Shown piece after piece: positions 24,066 through 35,200 of a DNA stretch of 64,000 nt. Source of the stretch: Heptranchias perlo (Eukaryota). Under the pieces are notes generated by a model. It saw only the letters and a program-made list of their open reading frames with translations. It did no database searches and was not told the origin of the DNA. The position numbers were made by a program, and so were the translations under genes. The DNA is taken from contig NC_090361.1 of the NCBI RefSeq assembly GCF_035084215.1, positions 1,488,001 through 1,552,000 on the forward strand, written 5' to 3'. Numbering within the stretch: the first letter of the stretch is position 1; the number at the start of each line of letters is the position of its first letter.

Positions 24066-24670
24066 GGCCACACAAACAGACAGATACACACATGCAGACA
24101 GACAGAAAGAAAGACACACAGACAGCCAGACATGTATTCCAGCCGGAGTCACTGAATAGTGATCAAGAGCAACAACCCTGGTCGATTTTCCCCACTTGTA
24201 GCCCCGGGATGCTAAAGTCGATTGTGCCCAAACCATCACCCTGCCTGAGGCTGGATCTTGGGACTCCCCTGGTCGCTGTGACCCTGGACCGTACACACAG
24301 TATAGTCGCACATTCAAACTGTAAGGAGCACGGGGCGAGTGTTTGAGTGTCCTGAAGCAGACAGGTGTACACACTCTCCCTGTGAACAGTGGGTGATGTT
24401 TTGTACCTTGTCAATCAACATTTCCTGATAAACCAGGTCACCATCAATTGCACTAGAACGGTGTGTGGCTTAAATGACTTTGCCCAGTTTACATCTTGCC
24501 CCCGGCCCCCGGCACCCCCCCCCCTCAATGTCTCCTTTCGACCCGTCTGGGTTTGCTCCCCAGAATGCCCCCGCCCTGGGCAGTGTACACTGACACCCCT
24601 TGTCCTCCCATTGTACTCAGGCCCACCGACAGCACTGATAAAACACAATGGGTTGAAAACCATTGGCTAT

Positions 24671-24676
24671 TTTATT
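24671..24676 (-). terminator. Probable distal polyA signal of GTF2F1
   Basis: TTTATT on + (AATAAA on -), about 1.3 kb downstream of the stop codon. Confidence 0.5.
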
Positions 24677-25815
24677 GGATAACAGGTTCAGTCTCCAGGA
24701 ATAAACCAAACATCACATCTATGGCATTCCACAATTGACAGACACTGAACAAAAATTAACACTTACAAAACCAGTACTGAAGAAAGCCGGAGCCTCATAC
24801 AACACTCAACCTCAGGCAACAGAAAGGCTGCATGCTGGCTTTAGAGAGCAGTCCAATCCCAGTAACAAGGAGATCCTGATTCAGTTCCGTCTCACCCCGT
24901 CCCTCCCACCAAATCACCGCCCCCGTCCCTCCCGCCAAATCACCGCCCCCCCACCCCGGACGAGGCAGTGTCTGACCTGCTCCCAGGCCTCAGTCACAGC
25001 TGCAGCTCCAGGTGTGTGAATTGGCCAGTCCCGTTCTCAGACCCGATCCTGAACTCTAGGCAGTGCCCTCTCCCCACATCCGCTCCCTCTGGGTGTGACC
25101 GTAACTGGGGATTAGCAGCTGGTGGGGGGGGGGGCGGGGGGTGAGAGGAGGAGGGAAGACTTTTGCTGGGGTCAGTTCGGTCATTAAAGGGTTGGTGCCT
25201 ATTCTACTCACAAGGTACAAAACTCTTTGTAAACAGTTTTGTGTTCACATTAAACAGCGTGTTCCTGCACATCCACGTGGATTGTGTTGTCTCCCACTCA
25301 GGATCGGAGCCTCTCTGGTGGTTCTAAACAGAGTAGAAGCCTGCCCAGCTACTTTGTTACTGAACCGCTGGCGTCCACAGTTTGGCACCTGACAGTCCTG
25401 GGACATGAGCCATGTGAATCTAGAGTTCTCCATGTGATGAGGGATGTCCCAGGTCAGGTACAGAATGAGTTAGATCCAGATTAAAAAGGTCCCAAACACA
25501 CACCTCAGCCCCCCTCCCACAAGAGTATCTCCTGCTGCACCAGTGGGACATTTTTCCATTTGCCATACCAGCTGCCCAGAGTCCCCCTGAGTGAGACTGA
25601 GAAACTAGCTCCAAAGTACAGGCTGATTTGTCCAGTGTTTTCACTCCCTCTCCCGGCTCAGTTCAATCTCCCTCAAACTTCACGTAAAACCTGACCTTCA
25701 TCCCACCAGCCAGGGTTAGATTCAAATCCGGGCACCGAGGGAGAAAGGACAGTGCTGGTCCCACAGCACGATAACCACGATACTGTACAATGTGCCCCAG
25801 AGCTCACCCCTTATA

Positions 25816-25977
25816 CATGTAAGATCGATGTAAAGAATCTTACAACACCAGGTTATAGTCCAACAAATTTATTTGAAAATTCAAATAAAATTGTTGGACT
25901 ATAACCTGGTGTTGCAAGATTCTTTACATTTGTCCACCCCAGTCCATCACCGGCATCTCCACATCATGTAAGATCGA
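25816..25977. mobile_element. Penelope-like retroelement terminal fragment forming a ~50-bp inverted repeat, with a 13-bp TSD CATGTAAGATCGA
   Basis: Arms at 25828-25877 and 25880-25929; direct repeats at 25816-25828 and 25965-25977. GTTGGACTATAACCTGGTGTTG resembles shark Penelope pseudo-LTR ends (from recall, not a search). Confidence 0.7.
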
Positions 25978-26009
25978 GACAGAAAGCTACACACACACCA
26001 GGGTCAGGC

Positions 26010-26220
26010 TCAGTTCCCCTCCTTCAGGAAGAAGTGCATCTTCTCGTTGATCATCTTACGTTCCGGGTTGAGTTTTTTCAGGATCTGTGCCAGCACGTTG
26101 ACCGTCTGCTCACTGCTCAGGCCAGTCTTTTTGGTTTGGAATTTCTTCAGCAGGTCCTTGGTGGTCATTGGTTTCCTGGTGAGGTATCGCCTCACAGCGT
26201 CCTCGGTCAGCTGGATATCA
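26010..26220 (-). CDS. GTF2F1: GTF2F1 coding exon 13 (C-terminal winged helix)
   Basis: DIQLTEDAVRRYLTRKPMTTKDLLKKFQTKKTGLSSEQTVNVLAQILKKLNPERK...TGA. Confidence 0.96.
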
Positions 26221-29200
26221 CTGCAGGCGGGGGAGGGCACAGTTACACAGGATGCCCCCCCTAGTCAGTGGCAATACTGCCCCCAAACAACTGCACAACC
26301 TACTCCCCCCCCCAACCAAGAGAGAACCCCCCAATGGCACATCTCCCCCCTCCCCCATGGCACATCTCCCCCCACCCACCCCCCCACTCCATGGCACATC
26401 TCCCCTTTTCACAGACCCCCTCCCGGCCAGGGCACATCTCCCCCTCCCCCATGGCACATCTCCCCCTTTCACCCCCCCGACCTTTTCCCCATATGTCTCA
26501 CCCCCACCGTGCCCCTTTCACCATATCCTCAAACCCTTCTCTCCCAAGAAACAAATACAATTCCCCATGACCCACTGACACCATGTGTATCAATGCCCTT
26601 TCCTCAAACCCTCTTTCGGTGAAAAAGCCCCTCCACCTTTCCTTCCGACTCTGAACTCCTGGGATTTGAACTCTTCACCACTGGGAACAGTTTGCTGGAT
26701 CAGTTTGTCATTTCCCTTCACAGTACCTCAGTGAGGTCACCTTCAGCTCTGCTCATTTCCATAGACAACATCCTGACTCCCTTAACCTTCCCTCTGGAAT
26801 TCTGATTCACGAGAGCTGTGAAGATTGCTAACCAGAAAGGTAACTTCTGATAGTCACACACCCCCCACCATGCAATGCCTGCTCACTATTCCACTCACCC
26901 ACTGCTCGGCGTGGACTTGCCGGACTGCGGCTGAGGGGTGGATTTCCCAGACGCTGACTGTGCCCCCGCGTCCATCTTCAGCCGTTTGGCCACCGGTGTT
27001 TCCACAGAGCCTCCATGGCGTTTCCCTGGGAATGGACAGAAGACCAGGATATAAACAGACACAATTCCCAGATTTGGAATTTTCCCTCATCTCTGCCAAC
27101 ATTCCCATTTATATTCTTCAGTTCACAGGACAGTTAGGAGACAGTGGATTCTGTAACAGGTGGTACCATGGGGTGAACGCAGCCCCCGCCCGTACCCGGG
27201 GGGGGGGGGGGGGGGGGGGGTGAACGCAGCCCCCGCCCGTACCCGGGGGGGGGGGGGGGGTGAACGCAGCCCCCGCCCGTACCCGGGGGGGGGGGGGGGG
27301 GTGAACGCAGCCCCCGCCCGTACCCGGGGGGGGGGTGAACGCAGCCCCCGCCCGTACCCGGGGGGTGAACGCAGCCCCCGCCCGTACCCGGGGTCTGACA
27401 CACTGCGTCCTGCACACACACACACACACTCACACTCCCCCCTTCCCCTTCCCCAGGGTCTGTGTGCCCCTTACCTTGTTCCAGTTTGCTGGCAGCTGCT
27501 TTAAGAGTGGACGAGGTGCTGCTCATTTCAGGGGTGGGGGTACTGGGGCGGCTGTTCCCACGGGAGCTGCTGTTCGATCCTCTCCAATCTTTCTTCGGAG
27601 GAGTTTTCTTTTTCTTTTAACACAAAAAGAAACAAAAGGTTAAACATTAAGTGAACTCCTCAGGGTGAGTTGGTCTGGATGATAAACGGAGACACACACC
27701 AGCATGAAGAGGGCCGAGGCTGCTCCTGATTCAATATCACTTTCATCCGAGGATTCAGACTCGTCGCTGCTGTCTGTGGGGAGCAAAAATTACAAATTAG
27801 ACTTAGTTACGAAACAGTAGGGTCATGGGCCTGGGTTCCATCCTGAGCCAGGGGCACTGCGACTGCCACAGTTAGTCGAGTGACCCTGGGCTAGGTGGGG
27901 GGAAATCAGCCAGGGCTCTTCCTCCTGATCATTATCCAGTGTCCTGTGCGGGTGTACCTTAGCTCCAGTGAGAGAGCAGTGCCTCTTCTACCCAACTGAC
28001 AGATATTGTTGGGAAGGAAACTCAGAGTCCGAGATCTCCGGCCAGCAGCCAGACCCCACTGGGCTTTACAGATTGCTGCAGTTTAAAGCAATTTACCCCC
28101 GTGTACAAGGCCCAGGATCAATTAGAAGCCACTGATTATACCTCAGCCTTTTCTGTTAGCAACTGATTTTGCCCCAAATCAACACTGGCAAGTTGTTGGG
28201 CTCTTGGATCATTGAATGTGGCGCCGATCCCAAGACCCAGCCGATCCCCAGTCCCAGCCGATCCCCAGTCCCAGCCGATCCCCAGTCCCAGCCGATCCCC
28301 AGTCCCAGCCGATCCCCCCAGTCCCAGCCGATCCCCCCAGTCCCAGCCGATCCCCAGTCCCAGCCGATCCCCAGTCCCAGCCGATCCCCAGTCCCAGCCG
28401 ATCCCCCCAGTCCCAGCCGATCCCCAGTCCCAGCCGATCCCCAGTCCCAGCCGATCCCCAGTCCCAGCCGATCCCCAGTCCCAGCCGATCCCCCCAGTCC
28501 CAGCCGATCCCCCCAGTCCCAGCCGATCCCCCCAGTCCCAGCCGATCCCCAGTCCCAGCCGATCCCCCCAGTCCCAGCCGATCCCCAGTCCCAGCCGATC
28601 CCCCCAGTCCCAGCCGATCCCCAGTCCCAGCCGATCCCCAGTCCCAGCCGATCCCCCCAGTCCCAGCCGATCCCCAGTCCCAGCCGATCCCCCCAGTCCC
28701 AGCCGATCCCCCCAGTCCCAGCCGATCCCCCCAGTCCCAGCCGATCCCCCCAGTCCCAGCCGATCCCCAGTCCCAGCCGATCCCCAGTCCCAGCCGATCC
28801 CCCCAGTCCCAGCCGATCCCCCCAGTCCCAGCCGATCCCCCCAGTCCCAGCCGATCCCCCCAGTCCCAGCCGATCCCCCCAGTCCCAGCCGATCCCCCCA
28901 GTCCCAGCCGATCCCCAGTCCCAGCCGATCCCCAGTCCCAGCCGATCCCCAGTCCCAGCCGATCCCCAGTCCCAGCCGATCCCCAGTCCCAGCCGATCCC
29001 CCCAGTCCCAGCCGATCCCCAGTCCCAGCCGATCCCCAGTCCCAGCCGATCCCCCCAGTCCCAGCCGATCCCCAGTCCCAGCCGATCCCCCCAGTCCCAG
29101 CCGATCCCCCCAGTCCCAGCCGATCCCCCCAGTCCCAGCCGATCCCCAGTCCCAGCCGATCCCCCCAGTCCCAGTCAGATTCTTCCAGCTGCACAGACTG

Positions 29201-32200
29201 TGCTGCGGCGCCCCCTCCCGGCCGAGCCAGGTACTGCACGGCCAGTGTCTCTGATGAAGGAGTGGTCGTTACAGGCTGGAGCTCTCTGGACCCAGGTTAC
29301 AGGCACTGAGCCCACACCCAACACAGAGGAGCTCTACTCGTTCACTGGGAGGCTCCAAGGGAGACGCAGTAGGTGAGCACACTGGCAAACGCATGGCTCG
29401 GAACAAAGCACGAGCTCTGCTTTGATCTTGAGATCTAATCTCCCTCCCTCAGTGCGACGAACTGTGTGTCGAAACCTGACTCCACAGTTCTATGACACTC
29501 GCTCGGTCCCAGAGACTCGGAGACACACACGGGGCAGGAACAGAAACAGAAACCTCAGCTGTGAAAGGGATTCCAAACATAACCTTTCTTTTTCTTTTCT
29601 TTTTTCTCGGGGGCTGCAGGTTTCTTCTCGTCTTCCTCCTCCTCTTTTTCTTCGTTTGGCTTTTCCTCTTCACTCTCCTCACTGCTCTCCGAATCTTCAT
29701 CAATTCCTGAAAAACAGATTTCCAGGACAGCACTTGAAAACCCATTTACGTGAGGAGAGGGGGTGAGGGGCAAGGAAAGGGGGAACTCTCTGGATGTTCT
29801 CCATCGCGGCACTTGTGTTTTCACACTCAGTTTCTCAGACCGGGTCGGCCCACAATGATCCGTTGCCCCGGCGATCTGCCTCTGAACCCTGGACCAAGAA
29901 AAGCCAAACCCAGCCCTGTGGGTCAGATGTTAACAATCCTGTGACACTATTCAACAAAAGGCAGGGAGTTCTCCCAGGAAACAGATTAACTGGTCATTCA
30001 CCTTATTGCTGTTAGTGGGATCTTGCTGTGCACAAATGGACAACATGTTTTATCTATGAAATAACAGTTATTGAACTTCAAAGTGATTCACTATGTCCTA
30101 GGGATGTTTGGGGGAGGGGGGAGGAGATACCGTGATGTACCTGGCTGTGTCTCTCTCCTCCCCCCACTCACCGTTCAGCCATTCACCCAAGGTTTTAAAA
30201 ACCCTGGATTAACCCGTGTTCACACTTTGGAACCTGATGTCCGAGTGTATCAGCTCTCCCACCACCAAATCACCAGGACACAACCGCCCTGCCACCACCC
30301 CGGGGTTAATCCTGCACCGAGGGACAATACCTTTGGGCCCCTCCTCCTCTTCTTTATCAGCCTTCACTTTTCCTCGATCCTCTTCATTATTGTCGCTGTA
30401 AATCAGGGGGAGAAAAAAGGATTTGTAAAATGTTCCTTGGTTTCAGATCAATCCCTCGCTGACCCGGCACAGAGTTCGAGTTTGCCAAAATACATCCAAA
30501 CAAATTTCACATTTTCTATCCGCAGCATCAGCTCCCCAGAGGCCCTGACGCTCCGCACCCAGAACAGTCTCCCCACCTCGACCTCAACCCAAAGTTTCCC
30601 AGGCCCTCGCACCCGTCAAGTCTTCCCTTCCACCAAAAATTAAACTTTGCGTCAACTAAGCACGGACTCCTGAATCAGCTCTTCTGTTTTCGACCTTGAC
30701 AAACACTGGCCCTCCTCCCAAGTTTCTAACTAAAGATGAAACCTTGTCCCTCAGCTGGCAATGTGTGAACAATCAGTAGCACTGAACCTGCATCCTAAAT
30801 AAACACGTGGACAGCTCCAAGGCGACACTCACTTGAGGGTGCGCACTGCAGCAAGGAGTGTGCCGTGTGTTTGAGCGAGACCTCCTGCTCTCAATCGCTG
30901 TCCAGTGACGCCTGCTCGAATGTGTTGGGGATGGAAGTGAGGGCAGAATTGGGCAGGATGCCCCCACAGTCAAATAGCTTACTGAAACTGTGTCTAGGCT
31001 CACACATGAAGAATGGCCGCTTGGGTGAGATAGTGAAGGACAGCCTGTGATACAGCATCCCAGAGCCCCAGCTCGGTACGGTGCCCAGCGTGGTACAGTG
31101 CCCCATTGGAGTCAGCACCTTCTGGAGAGAAACCTTCATCACCACAAAAGCCAATAAACACAGATCAAATACCTGGAGTCATCGTCTGAGATATAATCCA
31201 CCTCCTGCCCCTCGAAATCCCCATCATCGCTGTCCTCAAAGGCCTCGTCGTCCGAGCCCTTCTTCTTTTTTTTCCCGGCTCCAACTTTCCCCTTCTTCTT
31301 GCCCTTTGTGTCTTTTTTCCCATCTCCTGGAGAAGTCAAACCAAGTGACACTTAAAATCAGCAAATTAGAAACAGTGTTAGGCCAGGCCCTGCCCGATCG
31401 CAGGGAGACGGATGGAACCAGCCCCAGGCTGACCAGGCCCTGCCCGATCGCAGGGAGACGGATGGAACCAGCCCCAGGCTGACCAGGCCCTCCCCGATCG
31501 CAGGGAGACGGATGGAACCAGCCCCAGGCTGACCAGGCCCTCCCCGATCGCAGGGAGACGGATGGAACCAGCCCCAGGCTGGCCGACAGCCCCAGTGCCA
31601 GGCCAGGTCCAGTCAGGGAGCCACAGGGTGAACCAGATTTCAGTTAGTTGAACAAGCTGCTTGTCCAGTGGAACCCCCATTATTTGAAATAACAGAGGGG
31701 ACCCCTTTCCTGGTGGAAACTGGATATTGGTGGAAAATCAGGGATGCCCAAATATGGGCTTACACTTGGGGTACAGCAACCCCCTGGGCACTGGGATACT
31801 GACGGGTACAGCACAAATAATAAGATAGACGAGCGGCTGTAAGTGTGCTCTGCTGGTGATCTGATATCAGGTGTGTGGGTAATGGCGACTGGACTCGGAA
31901 TGGGACCGTACAACTCGCACTGAACTAGAAACAGAACTTTATTTCTACCTCCCCCGGTCATCATTGACCCTCCTGGCAGCCCCGAGCAGGACACTGGTCC
32001 AGGCCTCTGGAGAGGCTACTCTCGGATGGAGTATACAGCCTGGGCCTGTGCCCCACCCTCTTACCTCTGCCCCCTGAAGGGCAAAACTAATGGGGAAATC
32101 AGCAGAACCTGCGCCATGCTCAAACTGCCCTATGTAAACACACTGGGCTGGGGCCGTGCTGTAGACTCACAAGCCAGTGGCATCTGGTTGCACTCACCGT

Positions 32201-35200
32201 CCTCGTCACTCTCTTCATCACTCCCGTCCTCGTCACTCTCTCCATCACTCACCGTCCTCGTCACTCTCTCCATCACTCACCGTCCTCGTCACTCTCTCCA
32301 TCACTCACCGTCCTCGTCACTCTCTCCATCACTCACCGTCCTCGTCACTCTCTCCATCACTCACCGTCCTCGTCACTCTCTCCATCACTCACCGTCCTCG
32401 TCACTCTCTCCATCACTCACCGTCCTCGTCACTCTCTCCATCACTCACCGTCCTCGTCACTCTCTCCATCACTCACCGTCCTCGTCACTCTCTCCATCAC
32501 TCACCGTCCTCGTCACTCTCTCCATCACTCACCGTCCTCGTCACTCTCTCCATCACTCACCGTCCTCGTCACTCTCTCCATCACTCACCGTCCTCGTCAC
32601 TCTCTCCATCACTCACCGTCCTCGTCACTCTCTCCATCACTCACCGTCCTCGTCACTCTCTCCATCACTCACCGTCCTCGTCACTCTCTCCATCACTCAC
32701 CGTCCTCGTCACTCTCTCCATCACTCACCGTCCTCGTCACTCTCTCCATCACTCACCGTCCTCGTCACTCTCTCCATCACTCTCGTCCGAGCTCATTTCC
32801 AGGTCGTCCTCCAGATCATGAATTCGCAGGTCGTTTCCCCTTCTCTTTTTCTCTTTCCCTTTCTTTACCTTCTCTTCCTCATCCTCTCCCTCATCTCGGT
32901 CCTGCTCCTTCAGCCTCTTCTGCAGCATGATGCTGAAATGGTTCACCACCTTGTTGCGTCTGATCGACGGAGCCGGTGGTTGGGGGTTCAGGCGTGTTTA
33001 AGAGAAGAGAAAAGAGAGAAAGTAAGTTACAAAAACAGAAATGACAGAAGAGGTTAAATTCAATGCGATGAACTCCAATAATCGATCTGTCCCTTTAACA
33101 TCTCTCAGCACTGCCCAGGATACAGAAGTTGTGTTGGGGGGGGGGGGATGTGGAACAGGTAGCCAGCACAAGATAGGTGGACTCGTCCCCTCTGTGAGAG
33201 AGTGGCTGAGTTCGGCTCAGGCAGTCGAGTGGCTGAGCTCGGCCCAGTGTGCTGCTGAGCCAGACGCACCAGGAAGGCCCCCCCGTTCCACCCAGGGTCT
33301 ACATTCAGTTACCTGGGCGCTCCCCTGGAGTGGGGAAGGGAAAACTCAGACAGGGTTCCACCCCTGAATGCTAACCAGTGGCCCCGAGGTGGGTGGGAAT
33401 GGACTGGGCTTTGACCTTCCCGCGATGTTTAAAAATAAACATTAACTTTAAACATTTAATGTTTATATACACTAGCTGATCTCGTGTGGTGAGGGTGTGG
33501 GATAACTGAACCAGACGTAATTCAGTCCCCATTGTAAAGTCAGTCCTCATCTTTATATTTCTATTATAAATTCCTATGACAACATTGATAATGGAAACTG
33601 CCTATGTAAACTTGTCACGCTGTAATTACAGCCTCCCAGCAATGGAGGCACTGACACAAATGTGATGAGGGAAGATTTTTAACATATTATGTCTATCAAT
33701 ATCTAGAATTTCTTAGAAACCAGTAGCATCAGGGGGAGTGCCAGGGATAAATCATCGAGCTCGAGTGTGAGAGGAAGGTGTGGTCAGCCACTGTCGATCT
33801 ATAAACGAGAGGCCGCTAGCACAGCTCACCCACTAAGAACACTGATTTATTTAAGCACTGAGGGAAGCCCAAGTTTGCACTCTCCCCCAGTGAGTTTACC
33901 TTCCCCACTCTTCCTCTGCCTCCTCCGCGGTCAGTGTCTTGTGTTTTGCTACTGGGACAAAGTTGTACCAGGCGTTGACGGGAAAGGCTTCAAACGCCCC
34001 GTCGGGACACTGCGTGAAGATGTAGTAAGATGCATTTTCAGTGACGCCGCCTTTCCGCTGACCTTTGAACCTTGAACAGGGAAAGAAGGGAGCGTTAGGT
34101 ACCTGAGAGGGCTGCCTCGGGCTCTGCCTGTCTAAAAATCTGGTAACGTTACTTACTTCCGACCTGCTTTCCCGTTAACTCTCAGCAGCCAGGGCTGGTC
34201 TTCGGGCTTAAACACTCGCGTAACAATCCCAAACTTCTTCCTCCTCGATTTCTCTCGCAGTTTTTTGCCAAACTCACTGCCAGCACCAAACTCCGGCTGC
34301 TCCTCTTCCTGGTAAATCTTCTTGTTACTCAGATCTCGCTCCATTTTAGCCTAAGAGGTAACATGGAATTTTACAGACCAGGTCCCAACAATATCAGTGC
34401 CAATGATTACAGCCATCGTATCAATGATCCCCATGTAGGAGACTTTCATATCCTGCACTTGACCTCGACCTCTCCCTCCCTCTACTATACGCCAGACACA
34501 CACATTACTGGAGCACCCTCATAAAAGACAGATAGTTTAGGACAACCCCCTCCCCTAGGAGCAGACATAAGACCCAGGACCTCCCCACCTATTTATAAAA
34601 CATGGACGTACGCAATGCCCTCCCCCATTTCTAATATATCCACAATACAAAACCATCCATGTGTAAGGATAGGCATGTACAGATTATTAAATAGAATAAG
34701 ATAATTGGCATTATATAGAATTATATAATATTTTGCAAAGAATTGTTTAGTTAAAACACACCAGAAAGACACACAGCTGTTCCAGGGAGGCTTTTAGCAC
34801 AGCTGTGTGAAGACGGAATTTCAATTGCCAGTGCAGATAAAAGAATTTATTTCTTTTGCAATAAAGTTTGAAAGAGATGAGACATCAAAGGTGGGCATAA
34901 CACAGGATAACAGCTAATAAACTAAATGATAGCGACTGCACCAACAGGATACACACACAGAGATCATGAGGTCATGATACCCACATTTATCCTACGTAAT
35001 GAAACCTATAAGAATACAACTTACTGAAGCTCAGGAGGACCTTCTGATCTAGTCCTGCTGAGGCTAGTGTAAGCAGGCAAAGGCATGCTCGCAATCTCCT
35101 GAAGGGAGTCCTCCTCGGGTATGTGAGGATTAATGGTACCTATATCTCATATACACCATGTAAATAGCTCATATACGCCGTGTAAATATCTCATATACAC

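Noticed and set aside
28136-29376. 360-386 aa ORFs in several frames (PSPSRSPVPADP...)
   Set aside because: Translations of a stop-free 17/19-bp minisatellite inside a GTF2F1 intron.
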